This document shows, one piece after another, positions 48,433-61,899 of a stretch of 64,000 bases of DNA. The stretch lies in contig CM060733.1 in the NCBI GenBank assembly GCA_030704615.1, positions 47,430,001-47,494,000 on the forward strand, read 5' to 3'. Position 1 is the stretch's first letter, and each line of letters opens with the position of its first letter. The notes under the pieces were generated by a model. It was not told the DNA's origin, made no database searches, and saw nothing but the letters and a program-made list of their open reading frames with translations. The translations under genes were made by a program, and so were the position numbers. The DNA comes from Takakia lepidozioides. Lineage: Eukaryota > Plantae > Bryophyta.

Positions 48433-50330
48433 TTGTACTCACACGCTGCAGCAACGTAGCCCAATCCCGCCACTAGGATCAGTGCGGAGCAACGGAAAGC
48501 CCGGCTAGCACATCTTGTAGTCTGCTTATACCCAGAATGGCATGCCATGTCTCACTTTTCTCGTCCCTCTCGGTTTCCAGAGCGTAATATGTAAGTTAAT
48601 GTGCTCTCTCTCAAATCAACATCCGTAAACACAGTGTGGGATCCTCCTCGTCCTATGGAAACTCTCTGTGTTGGCCGTGACGGTTGGAAGTCAGCTGATT
48701 TCGATCTCATTAGTGCTTGATGCACAGTTAAGAGCAGGTTTTAGTATCGGTAATGGTGCTAGTACTGTTTTAGTAAGAATTTTTCTATGGGCGGGTGCGT
48801 GGCGGTGGGGGACAGGGTGCGAGACGATCTTGCAATGGTGAGAGACCTTGCACGCGCTGAGCTATGGCTTCTCTCGCCACTTGGCCGCTCGCAGCCACGC
48901 GCCACGCATGCACACACGGATGCACCTACTCATCCGACTCCGCTCCAGCCTTCATCTCTGACATCTTACCAGCTCACCAGTAGACACTGGGGAAGTGGAT
49001 GAAGGTGAGGAGTTGACGAGTAAAGCTTTGAGCCTACAGTCAGGAGAGATCGACCCACATAGATCATAGCTTGTGAGGGATTCATAGGCAGCTGAAGCTA
49101 GGAAGAGTGAATACTATTGGATTGTTGTTTTTACATCCACTTTGAACACACTGCCAACTAGTTTTGTTCTTCTAGATAGTTCTTTTCTTTTGCTGGAATT
49201 GTGAGGTGAGACTGAGGAGGTAGCAACACATAAAGTTGCATGGAACAAGAAGAACAATACTGCAAGGATGATACTAAGTAGGGATGTTTGATATGGATCA
49301 TTTACAAATGATGGTGCAATGTAAAACTGCAAAGGATATGTGGACGAAGCTTACTACCACTACACACCAGCAACAGCACTCTACAAAACGTGTATATGTT
49401 GCAGCATCGATTCTATGAGTAACATTGAGCATATGCTCTAAGGGAAAGGCATCCTCGCGTTTGGGGGTGATGGACAACATCTAACTTATTCATAGCCAAG
49501 AATGAACTCCCCTTAAGTGTGCACCAGTGTCGGACTGGTATCACAAAACTATGATACCAGACTCGTCCAAGTATCACAAAGGTCCGTATTTCCCAAGACT
49601 GGTATGGTCCTGGTATTGGGGTAAGGGGCCGGGTAGGGTATAGGAGGGGTATCAATAACGTAAATTTGTGGCTGTATAGCAGTAGGGCATCAATACTTAC
49701 TTTTTTGAATATTGCCAAGGTAGGTATATAGAATATTTCATATCGTATTCAAGAGAATATTCAATAATCTGAAGAAAAAAATTGACCTTCACACTATTAC
49801 TGGTGTTACTATTACTATCACTATGACTATCATTATCACTATCACTATTACTACTGTGCCCATTGGAGGCTCACATCGCAGCAATACTGGTATCAACAGC
49901 AATCTCATCGATCGCAATACCAATCGGGTACATGGTATATACCGCAATATGGAGCGAGGTATGTATTGCCCCTAGCATGGTATTGCCCAGGGTATTGGCC
50001 ACCCTACCTACCAGCCGGATATGGTCTTACCTATCCGGGTTGATATCAATATTGATTCCCGGGTTGGACCTACGGTAGAAACACCTTTCATGGTGCAGGA
50101 AGTTGGATAAATATAATAAATTTTTGTGTTTTTAACCTCTAGGGTCATGTAATAGCTTAACAGAAAGCTCTTAAGATAAGACAACTTTCTTTAGTTGAAA
50201 GTTAAATGAGATTCTGGCCTTATCTGACATTAAAAGTGAGAAGTAGAGGATGTCAATGTGAATATGTGGCACACCTTGTTCCTATCATGACTCATTCATA
50301 TCTCATTAATATCTTTTCTACCTTGCACTT

Positions 50331-50513
50331 GAGCATGTAGCCCAGTGGTTGGGTGTTTGAGCCTTGCCTGTGCATAACCTAGGTGATCATGGGTTCAATC
50401 CTTCAACATGTGCCTTCAGACCGTCCATTGGGCCCTCGATGGCCTGTGTGTTGAGCAGTAGGCGCTCAGTAAATTCACTGGACGTTAAAGAATCTTTATC
50501 TTTATCTTTATCT
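50331..50513 (+). mobile_element. tRNA-derived SINE-like element
   Basis: A-box TAGCCCAGTGG (50338-50348), B-box GGTTCAATCC (50392-50401), 3' tail (TTTATC)x3. Confidence 0.5.
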
Positions 50514-50547
50514 TACCTAAGATGGTAAGAAAAAAAAAAACCAAAAA

Positions 50548-50800
50548 TGCCATTGGAAAGCGCTTAATGTGGCCCATCTTTTTGTAGTTGGAGCAATTTT
50601 CATTAGAGGACATCTACCTATAGCAATTTAAGGGTAAAACAAGTGGGCCATCATGGCGTACACGATATATTGCTCTTTTGGTACCTTGGACTTTAACCAC
50701 TTTAACCATTTTAAGAAATAAAGATACCATTGGAAAGCTCTTGATGAGCCCCAGCATTTTGTAGTTGGAACAATTTTCATTTGAGTTCATCTACCTAGGA
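50548..50800. repeat. Diverged direct repeat (~70-bp core, ~177 bp apart)
   Basis: ccattggaaagc...ttttgtagttgga.caattttcatt...catctaccta occurs twice. Confidence 0.65.
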
Positions 50801-53099
50801 TAATTTGAGTGTAAAGTAGAGTCCATCTACCCAACCTGACACGCTCCGAAAATGGGCATACATTCTTGCATCATGGGCGTGCTTTTGAGTGCCACTATGG
50901 GGCACATGCGCCATGAACGGTGCTTCTACCCTATATATCGATCCAACGTTGGTGTGTACAGTGAATATCGTGTTGGTAACAAATAAGGATGAAATGTCGC
51001 ATGGTTTTATAAAAAGACCCAAGTGGGATGATTGTTTGAAATGGGTAAAACTTCCGCAAAAGGAGAAGCAAGAGCTAGATATATTAACAAAGAGAAATTA
51101 AACTATTATAATATCACGTACGGCCTGAAGAAGGTCAGACAGGAGGAAAGATGATGGGTGAGAAAGTGTCGAGAGGCGAGATGAAGCCGCCCTAGTGACC
51201 TCTGCCTAACGCAAAATAGATAGAGCTTGAGCCTTTTGTGAAGCAACAGAAACGTTGTCTAAATAAAGGCTACAAAATAGAGACGTTTGGGCTTTCGATG
51301 CTTTTGTTTTCTGTTGTGCAGTGGATACATGTGGGGTGACGTTCCTGGTAATCTCGCTCATTTCCCTGTGCGGCTATTGAAGCAACAACTCCATGCGATG
51401 AGGCAAAGGGAAGATATTGATTTGATGTGGCCACACCCATCTTATTTCAAATCCTGCTTTGTGACATTAATAAGAGACCATAGGTTGGGAATCAACACCT
51501 CCATGAAAATCCGTCCAGGCAATTCAAGAAGCTTCAAACAGTTCACGAAATTTTTGTCCATTTTTTCGGGCAATCCAAGCAAGATTGACGTTGATGACAG
51601 GGTGAAAAAACGTGGCAACGATGACGTGGCACAAAGACACCCTATTTCTGCTCTACGCTAAGACTAGTGTCCGACCTTCATCAGTCATCACTAGAAATAG
51701 TGAATCCGAGGGAAGAGAGGAGCGTGGTCCACATTGCTGGACTAGCCAAAGTGCTGTCAGATCGCGCGCGTCCATTTAAGTTCCCGCTACAAGGACAACA
51801 AAATAGTCATTAAGTCGGCAACTGTGGACTGTCCTCATGGACTGGCTGCACTACTTAGATTTGTCAAGAATGCAGACTGTAAGGTTCAAAGAGAGCAGGA
51901 GATAGGATAGGAAAGGAAGAGAGGCCGAAAGAATTGCAGAGCTAGTGAGAGAAAGACTCGATATCGAGCTGAGGGTTACGTCCTCCGGAGCTTCGAAGCT
52001 TGTTGGTGCAACATGAGTGATAAGTGGATGGGGGGATGGAAGTTTGCATTGCAAAGAGGGGATGGGTGGCAGATCAGTTGGACCTCTGTACTTCTAGGCA
52101 CCACTTTACTAGTGATGTTTTGGATGAAGCGGGATTGTAGGAAGCTTCCCCCTGATGGAATAAGCAGCTCCATATTCAACGAATCTACAACTTAACTAAG
52201 ATAGACACATTAAAAGTAACTCTCAGTTTGGAGATGCTTTTAAAGGAAAAAGGAAGTCCATTGTGGGACTACTTTGTATATGTGGAAAAAAGTAAGTCCA
52301 TTTATGGGACTACTTTGTACATAGAAAAAGTAGGCTTAAAAAGGCAAGTCCTTATAGACTGCGTTTAGCCTAGCTAGAACTATATAAGAAGCTTGGGGTG
52401 AACCACAGGGTAGTTTTTTATTACACACTCTTGATTGTGGTGGTTCTAAGGTTGGGTGGTGAGCTTCTATAAACAAAGCATTGTTCACAGTCCCAGGCTT
52501 GTTTTTCAACATAATATCAGAGCTTTTGGTTTGGCTTTGTGTGGTGTTCTTGTAGGAACATCGGTTTGGCCGTGTATTGCCAAGCATTAGATGGGGCCGT
52601 GAAGTTGAATGCAAGGGAGCCAGTTCAGCCAACGTGGACCCCCCGCCACCCCCCCGTCCACCCCCGCCTCCATCGCCCGCGCACCGCGCGGTAGCTGCCG
52701 CACAGCACACCCTCCGCACCTCATGTGCCTGCTGTGGGGACATGACGCATGCCCTGGCCATGCCCTCTCCCGCATCCCCATCCCGCCTCCCATCCTACCC
52801 TCATGCCTGCCATCGTCCTGCATCCAATATAGTACATGCTATCCCAAGCATACATCATGCATTCATGAAATTATCCATGATTCTAAAATTATTCTGACAG
52901 GTATTCAAATTTCAAATGGCAAAACTGAGCAAAGGACTTGACGTTCAGATGTATGCCACGTCGTCACATACAAGGCCACCCCAATCGAGGGCTTTGCTAC
53001 CCTCATCGTGCATTTCCTCGTACAGCAGTTCTCTCCATGCTTTCCAAATGCGTCCCTACGCAACGAGGGCGTTCACATTCCATGGAACGCGATGGAATG

Positions 53100-55053
53100 G
53101 TGTTATGGAACGCGATGATCACAGAATATGCACAGCACGGTCTGGGATGGAGGCTTTGGAGACCTATGAGCAAATGATGCGAGGGGGTGAGGCCCAACCA
53201 TATCACGTTTGTTTGCATTTGCAATGCGTGTGCGAGCCTTGCAGCCTTGGAAAAGGGCAAAAAGGTCCATGGTGATATCATCAAAGCTGGAATAGTACCA
53301 AACGTAAATCTGAACACTGCCCTAATGGACATGTATGCCAAATGTGGGAGCATTGAAGATGCAAAGGGAGTGTTCGACAACATGGCTGAACGAAATGTGG
53401 TGTCACGGAACGCGGTGATCGTAGAATATGCATAGTATGGTTGTGGAATGGAGGCTTTGGAGACCTATGAGCAAATGATAAGCGGGGGGTGAGTCCCAAC
53501 CATATCACGTTTGTTTGCATTTGCAATGCGTGTGCGAGCCTTGCAGCCTTGGAAAAAGGCAAAGAGGTCCATGGTGATATCGTCAAAGCTGGAATAGTAC
53601 CAGACGTCATTCTGAACACTGCCCGGAGCATTGAAGATGCATTGAACAGATGATGTGGGAAAGGGTGAAGCCTGACCGCATCACGTTTGTTTGTGTTTGC
53701 AAGGCATGTGCAAGCTTGGCAGCTCTCAAAAATGGCAAAGAGGTCCATGGTGACATCGTCAAAGCTGGAAGTGTACCAGATGTTATTCTGCACAGTACCC
53801 TTGTGGACATGTATGCCAAATGTGGGAGCATTGAAGATTCAAAGGGAGTGTTTGACACTACGGCTGAACGTGATGTGGTGTCGTGGAATGCAATGATTGC
53901 AAGATATGCACAGCAAGGCGCGGGACTGAGGCTTTGTAGACATATGAGCAAATGATGCAGGAAGAGGTGAAGCCCAACCACATCACGTTTTTTTGTCTTT
54001 ACAATGCATGTGCAAGGGTGGCAGCCTTGGAAAAGAGCAAAGAGGTGCATGGTGACATCGTCAGAGCTGGTATTGTACCAAATGTCACTCTAAACAATGC
54101 CCTCGTGGACATGTATGCCAAATGTGGGAGCATGGAGGATGCAAAGGGAGTGTTCAACAATATGGCCGATCAAAAGATGTGGCATCCTGGAATGCTATAA
54201 TTGCAGGATATGAAGGAATGCAACGGAAAGTTTGAAGCTGGACAGTATCACCTTTATATGTCTTCTCTCTGCATGCAGCCACCTGGCCTACTAGATGAAG
54301 AAAGACACAACTTTGATTCCATGAGTCAACATCATGATGTCTCTTGGTAAAGCACTTTGGTTGCATGGTGGACCTTCTTGGACATATGGGGCAATTGGAT
54401 GAGGCAGATGAGCTTTTAACAAAATGCCAATGAAACCAAACGCTATGGTTTGGAAGGCCTTGCTTGGTGCCTGCAGAATCCATGACAATGTGGAGATGGT
54501 TGAATGTGCAGCAACATCTATCTCAAGTGGGATGAACAGGACGCTACGACTTATGTGTTGCTATGAAACATCTATGCTGCAGTTGGCAGGTGGGACGATA
54601 GTGCAAAAGTACGAAAAATTATGAAGGTCAGAGGGGCTAGAAAGGAGTCAGGTCACTGCTGCATTGAGGTTGGCAACAGGGTGCACACCTTTGTTGTAGA
54701 TGACAAATTGCACCCCAAGATAAAGGAAATCCATACTGAGCTAAGAAGATTGTCTGGACAGATGAAGGAGGCAGGGTATGTGCCTGACACGCTTTGTATT
54801 ACATGATGTGGGGGAGGAGCAAAAGGAATTTTCTCTTTGCCACCACAATGAGAAGGTGGCCATTGGTTTTGGGCTGATCAGCACGGCCCCTAGGAGTACA
54901 CTCCTGCTCATCAAGAATCTTCGGGTGTGTGGTGACTGCGACACCTCCACCAAGTTTATTTCAAAGATTGTTGGCCGCGCAATTGTTGTACGGCATGCTA
55001 ACCGCTTTCACCACTTTGAAGATGGGGTTTGTTCTTGCCGAGATTACTGGTGA
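53100..55053 (+). pseudogene. PLS-class PPR protein with E and DYW domains (RNA-editing factor type), heavily frameshifted
   Basis: Repeated PNHITFVC..NACASLAALEKGKEVH...ALVDMYAKCGSIEDAKGVFD...VVSWNAMI; MPMKPNAMVWKALLGACRIH; GYVPDT; HNEKVA; KNLRVCGDC; [15 protein letters not shown]. Multiple stops and indels. Confidence 0.92.
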
Positions 55054-55220
55054 AACATTTTTTTTCTGGAAAATTGTGGTGACTGCCACACCTCCACCAA
55101 GTTTGACATCTCAAAGATTGTTGGCCTGCAATTGTTGTACAGGATGCTAACCGCTTTCACCACTTTGAAGATGGGGTTTGTTCTTGCAGGGATTACTGGT
55201 GAAACAATTTTTTCTGGGAA
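54928..55220 (+). repeat. Tandem duplication (147-bp period) of the DYW C-terminus
   Basis: tgtggtgactgc...gattactggtgaaaca at 54928 and 55075. Confidence 0.9.
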
Positions 55221-56181
55221 GATGCAAGACACAACATGCAACACCAAGGCTAGGGTGTGAATGAGAAATAAGGTTCTAACATGGCTGAAGAACTGCAAGA
55301 TGGTTAAGGGCTTTGCAGGCTCATCTATCATAGTGAGGAAGTGAGCGCCCGAGAGTTATGAGTTGAGGTATATCTATCGACAAGGGACGGCGAGGGCTGA
55401 GAAGTTATGAGGTATGGAGCTGAACGATCGCTACTGGAGCAGCAACAACGGTGACAACAAAGGAAAACTTGCGGATGCAGCAATGGACAGTTACAAGGAG
55501 GGGGGTAAGCAGGCTGAGATATCCAGATGCCAAGCAACATAGCTTGGAAATGGCAATAGGGAGAAAACTTGGGAATTTTGGGGGTTGTGAATGAAGCTGT
55601 GACAGAGCCAGTTCAAACCAAATGGTTTCCGGTGTTGAGAGACTTGAGAGTGCAGAGAGAGAGAGAGATAGAGGACTCCGGCCGAAACCGGCGTAACTAA
55701 GAGTCACTTCGTCTCACGGCTATATTGCCCCATCTCGGGGATGGGCCCTATAAAGAAAGCAGGCTCAACCTACATGTATCGAGGAGACACCAGGTAACCA
55801 GGGGAGAGGGGTATCTCGGGTACTGACGGGATTGGATTCGAGTTGTCGTTTATTAGTGATAAGTCTAGTTGTAAGAGAGCGAAGAGCCGTAAGGTGGATA
55901 GCCTTGAAGCATTTGTGGATAGGGGAGATAGGGATATTAAAGTTTTTGTGTAGTGCGGTAATGTTGGCATTATGGATGTCACCTCTAGTTCCAGCAATGA
56001 TAAATGGGTATTTCTTTAGGGGGTATTACTTTTATTTTGGGTATTATTTTAGTATCCTATAATAACATAATTTTATAATATGATGAATTTTTATATGTTA
56101 ATTTAATTATATTTTATTATTTAAAACGAATATTAAACACCCTATATTATAATACAATAAAAGGTTTTTTTCCAAGACAAT

Positions 56182-56475
56182 TTAATTTATTATTTTATTT
56201 AAAGCATTCGCATCATCACCATTCAAGGTGTAAACGTTCTGCACTCTATTGAAAGTCATAGTGACTGAACTAATAACTGAGTCTACATCTATCCACTTGT
56301 TGTCAGTATGATCATATTTAAACTTAAATTGTCTTCTAGATTTTGGGAAGTAATTTAATAACACCATAATTGGTGTGGTTGGTCCATTTATGAAATCAAT
56401 AGGCTGCCACGATATCCCCCACATGCTCTCTGCCTTCCTTCTCATTTTTTGAATCTTGCATATCCACCACCCTCA
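56182..56475 (-). pseudogene. Protein-like fragment of unknown family, probably TE-derived C-terminus
   Basis: Open frame WWICKIQKMRRK...FKFKYDHTDNKWIDVDSVISSVTM ending in AT-rich DNA; cut off upstream near the foldback. Confidence 0.3.
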
Positions 56476-58111
56476 TCTATACCAGCAGTTATGGATGTTG
56501 GCACACCCTTGCGACTCCCCTTAGCTCCATTCTAATTCCTCCTTTATGCCTTTTTTTCCGTACTAGATGAGGCTTTCTCTTAAGGGATGACGAATTACTT
56601 GTTAGGATGAGAAACCGCTGCCCTGGATGATGTATACTACTTTTTCATCCTGCTGCTGATGGACCTCCTCCAAATAAATGAACCTATTTATTTTTTCATC
56701 TGAACCGGATGAAAAAAACAGCTTATGATGGCCCTGGAGAATTTTTTAATTACCCTTAATTATTGTTAATTAAGGAGTGAAACCCTAACCCCTACCCTAT
56801 AATCTACTGTTTAAACCTAGCTAACGGATGACATCCGTCGGGTTTTTGAGATAAAGGGTATTGATTATTCATCCTGCGGATGAAAAATCGGGCTCTGCCC
56901 TAGGGTGTCTTTCCCGCTGTCAGCTACACTCCTAGTGCTGCTGAGCTCGCGGGCTGAGAGTTATGGTGTCTGAGCTCTGCTGCTACCCTGTCTGCTTCTT
57001 CATGCCGGACGAGCTCCTGGGGATGCGCAATGGCGGCGTCTTGTCTCTTCTCACAGGCGGGATTTTCAAACCTGGATTTGTTGTGGAATGGAGCATAGTA
57101 AGGTTCTATTTGCAAAACATGGCATTAGCCTCCTGTGAAACAATGACGGTAAGCTCTAAAGGACTCTGGTCAGTGATTAGTTACTTTATTTTGCCATATG
57201 AACAGCCACCTGCATTGTACGATTTATCTTGGCCAAGTGGGCTTGGTCTTGGGCACTCAAATTGTATGTGTGTCCATATCTGGGTGCTGTGACAGGGCAG
57301 GCCTTTCTTCCATGCCAAAACGCCTTACATGATGCATATCTTGGGGCAACTGTACATGATGTAGAATGAAGTTGCAGTCAATCTTGTCATGCCCAAAGTG
57401 ATCACTTGGTTGCATGTTTGGAGTCTGATTTACTGCAGGATGGGCCAGCAAGAGTCCTATGTGCATAGGTCCTGAATATATACAATGACAGGCTATTCTT
57501 ACATATCCAGAAGGCCGTGCACGATGCATGCTTTGGGGTGCTTACATTTGGCCAAATGTGAAGCTGCAATATGGCTTGCCATGCCCAAGAAGTGTACTTG
57601 GTGGCAGGCCCGAAGTGTAATTAATTGCAGGCTGGTCCTTCCTACTGCCGGTGTGAACACTCCCTGAATGTGTTTTAGGGCAGGATGTTCTTACATACTT
57701 TGCATAATGCTTGTCTTGGATCACCTCAAGGTACTTATGTATATATATCTTGGATCTGTAATGTGGCAAGATGCTCTTATATACCCATGATATCTTGCAT
57801 GGTGCATATCTTATGGATAACTATGGATGTTGTAATCTGAGACTGCAATCTGACTTATATTGTGCAAGAGGGTCACTTGGGTACATGACAAGAATCTGAT
57901 TATGAACATACCCCGCCCTCCCACCCTGTTTTATCATGACTGAATGGGTGGCGTCACTTGGTGTGTTATGCCAAGATTGGAAATGTTAGATGGTGCCCTG
58001 TCATGGGGCTGTTTATATCTTTAATTGACAATGACCCTAGTTGGTCTTGTCCATGTCTTGACATGACATGAATATCTTCCCTCTCCCTCTCTCTTTTTAA
58101 CTTTTTCTGCA

Positions 58112-58828
58112 GAGGGGTCAACTCTGCGGTTAAGAAAACCATGTTTTGTCGCATTATTAGACCTGCCTTGGAGTACGGATCTGCAATATGGGTTGATAAA
58201 TCTGACTTAGAGGTTGTAGTGTCCAAAGCCATGTCTGTTGCCATGAGATTGTCTGATGAAAATGAAGTTAGGCAGAAAACTTCCCTGAACTTGTTTCCAG
58301 TCAGTGACATGGGGGAGGACATCTTGGATGACCTCAAGGGTCTACCCACTCTCGGCACTAGACTTAAATTTAAACTTAGGGCAGGAAGCCTACCTTTGAA
58401 CGGCAAACAGAAGCAAAGAGGAAAGGGAGAGTGCAATTGCCCGTTGTGTGGGCAATCTGAAGACAGTACTCATTTTCTGATACACTGTCCGGGGTTCTTT
58501 TACCAAAGAGATGCTCTCTTCAAATCTATCAAGGGAATTGTGCATGTACCTCTGTTTACCAACTTTGAAAGTCTCAAGGCTGAGCCAAAAGCCCAGGCCC
58601 TCCTGAGGCCTAGTTATTGGGCAAATCACACACAACAGTTTGATGCTTGTGTGAAGGGATTTCTAGAGGATATCTGGAAAACCCAGATTAATTCTATATA
58701 TGAAGGTAAGTCTTACTACCAACGTCAGCCCCTGACAGAGGCAAGTTCTGTCCCTTTTGTTTCCGCTCAAATTGGGTGCGGGGTCAATGGCCACAAGGCT
58801 ACGACAAACAATATCTTATGAGTACAAT
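58112..58828 (+). mobile_element. 5'-truncated non-LTR retrotransposon (LINE) 3' end with a 19-bp TSD
   Basis: ORF 58141-58821 with RPALEYGSAIW (post-RT motif) and CPLC...ED..HFLIHC (CCHC). Flanks CTTTTTAACTTTTTCTGCA (58093-58111) and CTTTTTAACTTTTTTTGCA (58829-58847), 18/19 identical. Confidence 0.8.
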
Positions 58829-59169
58829 CTTTTTAACTTTTTTTGCACCCTCTTTCCCTTGTGGTTTGTTTATTTTTGTGAGCAGCAAAAGAGAGAGGGA
58901 AGATATTCATGTCATGTCAAAACATGGACAAGACCCTACTAGGGTCATTGTCAATTAAAGACATAAACAGCCCACAACAGGGCACCATCTAACATTTCCA
59001 TTCTTGTCATAGCTTCCCATGAATTGACATCACCCAATCATTCTTGATAAAACAGGGTGGGTGGGCAGGGTTTGTTTATGTACAGGTCATGACAACAAGA
59101 CAAGCATATAAGCAAGCATCTTGTGTACTGGTAAATCAGATTGCTGCAGCATGTTCAAATTCTTGTAAG

Positions 59170-59700
59170 TAACCCAAGACATGCACCATGCAAGGCTCCT
59201 TGGGTAGGTAAGAACAACCTGCCCTGCTATAAATTCAAGGTATGTTCATACAAGCACCTTGAAGGACCAGCCTGCAATTTATCAGATTTCAAACATGCAA
59301 CCAAGTAATCTTCTTGGGCATGACAAAACATATTGCAGCTTCACTCTTTGCCATTTGTAAGCACCCCAAGACATGCATCATGCAAGGCTCCTTGGGTAGG
59401 TAAGAACAGCTTGTCCTACTACAGATTTAGGATATGTTCATATAAGTACCTTGAAGGACCAGCCTGCAATTAATCAGATTTCAAGCATGCAACCAAATAA
59501 ACTTCTTGGGCATGACAAAACATATTGCAGCATCACTCTTTGCCATTTGTAAATACCCCAAGACATGCATCATGCAAGCCCTTGGGTAGGTAAAAACAGC
59601 CTGCCATTGTACAGCTTTTCATTTGGCCAATTGTAAGTACCCCAAGACATGCATCGTGCAAGGCCTCTTGGGTAGGTAAGAACAGCCTGTCATTGTACAG
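59170..59700. repeat. ~190-bp tandem repeats within the right foldback arm
   Basis: cccaagacatgca.c.tgcaagg...ttgggtaggtaa at ~59173, 59365, 59558 and 59641. Confidence 0.8.
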
Positions 59701-61899
59701 ATTCCAGACCTGTGTCCAAGGAATCTTGCTGGACCAGCCTGTAGTTAATCAGACTTCAAACATGCAACCAAATGACCACTTTGGGCATGACAAGACTGAC
59801 TGCGACTTCATTCTACACCATGTACAGTTTCCCCAAGATATGCATCATTTAAGGCATTTTGGCATGGAAGAAAGGACTTGTCACAGCATCCAGATATGGA
59901 CACACATACATTTTGAGTGCCCAAGATCAAGCCCACTTGGCCAAAATAAATCATACAATGCAGGTAGCTGTTCAGATGGCAAAATAAGGTAACTAATCAC
60001 TAGCCAGAGTCATTTAGAGCTTACCATCACTGTTACCCAGGAGGCTAATGCCATGTTTTGCAAATAGAACCTCACTATGCACCATTCCACATCAAATCCA
60101 GGTCTGAAAACGGCCTGTCATTGCATTATCAGGCTGTCTTCTTTAAGAAAAACCAGGTCTCCTCTTCCTTAGAGCTTAACAGCCACTGATGCCTTTGCCC
60201 TTACACCATCAATCTTCTTTTAAAGCCAAAAATGTACCTAGTCTAGAAATCCACAGACAAAGTTGTCAAAGATTCAAGACAGGGTAAGATTCACATGTTG
60301 TGCTGCAAGAGACAGGGCTGCCAGGCCGAAATGCTCTATCAACGGTAGCAAAACATAAGTCAAAAGCAAGCATCATCCTGTCAAACCGGGAGCAAGCGGG
60401 CCGAAATCGGGGCTGCAGGCAGCAACAATATTTTCCTTTTGCTCACATCCTTATCTGCAAGCTCAAGAGATTCAAAGCAAGTAGGGATCCTCACCTAGTC
60501 CCATCACAAGCCCCCACAAAAACCAATGGGTTAGTGAGGATTGTGGAACCCCAGGTGAATCACAGACCCCTACACTTGTCATCGATGTCAACTAAGAACC
60601 CCAAAAACAAGAGAGAAAGACATGAAGTAAAAGGAACCCTAATCACCAAAAGCACCTTGAGCGATTGGGTAAGGTAACTCTGCGCCATCGACACCAACAC
60701 GCCACCTCCAGCACAGCTAAGGAGAAGCGAAGCATACAAATGCTAGGTTTAAGAAGGGAGAGAGAGAGATATACTTCCCCACCCAAGCGCCGCTGCGAAA
60801 CATAAAAGCCAGAGGAGGGAAAGAGACGATGCCATCACAGCGGGGTCTCCCGCCTGTGAGAAGAGACAAGACGCCGCCATTGCGCATCCCCAGGAGCTCG
60901 TCCGGCATGGGCACGAAGCAGCAGACAGGGTAGTAGTAGAGTTCAGACGCCATAACTCTCAGCCCGCGAGCTCAGCAGCACGAGGAGTGCAGCTGACAGC
61001 GGGAGAAACACCCTAGGGCAGAGCCCGATTTTTCATCCGGAGGATGAATAATCAACATCTCAAAAACCCGATGGATGTCATCCGTTAGCTAGGTTTAAAC
61101 AGTAGATTATAGGGTAGGGGTTAGGGTTTCACTCCTTAATGCCATAATTAAGAATAATTAAACAAATCTCCAGGGCCATCATAAGCTGCATTTTCCATCC
61201 GGTTCAGATGAAAAAGTTAATAAGTTCATCTAATTTGGAGAAGGTCCATCATTAGGATGAAAAAATAGTACATATCATCCAAGGCGGCGGTTTCTCATTC
61301 TAATTGGTAATTCATCATCCCCTAAGAAAGGCCTCATCCAGTACGGAAAAAAAGGCATAAAGGAGGAATAAAATGAATTAATATCCTGGTATTTTTGATC
61401 CGGTATGGATGGAAAAATTATAGATAGGATGCCAGTGTCAACCCCTACATAGGTGATTCATCTGGTGACTCATCTGGTACAGATGAAAGTCAATAAAAGA
61501 GGAATGAAAAAATCATAGACCCATTTTAGAGGTATTTTAGTGTCCACCCTGGTAGTGTCCACCCTGTCATAATCCATCCAGTATAGATGGAAAAACAGGA
61601 AATTAACACTGATAAAACCGGCCAATTCCAAGGAGGGAGAGAGAGAGAGAGGGAGAGATCAGGGAACAAAAAAAAAAAAAAAAAAATGGGGGGGGGGGGG
61701 GGAGTGACTGAGTCCGTGGTGCTCAGCAGCTGCTGGTGGTACTCAGTCACTCCCCCCACCTTTTTCTTTTCTTGTTGTTGCCCCATCTCGAGACCCCGAG
61801 CACTTGCTGCTCTCAGCCCCCGACATGTTTGGTTTTTTTTTTTTAAAATCTGGAATGTAAAGGTTGTTTCGTAATGAGGCCAACTTGTGGGTTTGCATG

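Larger units (their letters stand above)
56535..61369. mobile_element. Large foldback / inverted repeat (arms ~56535-58090 and ~58890-61369)
   Basis: Arms are reverse complements along their length, e.g. 56535 attcctcctttatgcc vs ggcataaaggaggaat ending at 61369, 57060-57420 vs 59750-60110, and 58000-58085 vs 58893-59000. Many GGATGA/TCATCC motifs; telo-box-like AAACCCTAACCCCTA in each arm. Confidence 0.85.

Noticed and set aside
50331-50415. Functional tRNA gene
   Set aside because: A and B boxes are present, but there is no clean cloverleaf or anticodon arm, and it continues into a SINE-like body and tail.
51100-52200. Short ORFs as a gene or TE protein
   Set aside because: No recognisable motifs or consistent exon chain.
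56779-56800. Interstitial telomere
   Set aside because: Only about two degenerate AAACCCT units; better read as a telo-box-like motif within the foldback arm.
61668-61702. Long A-run followed by a G-run as a functional element
   Set aside because: Simple homopolymers with lengths prone to sequencing error and no supporting context.
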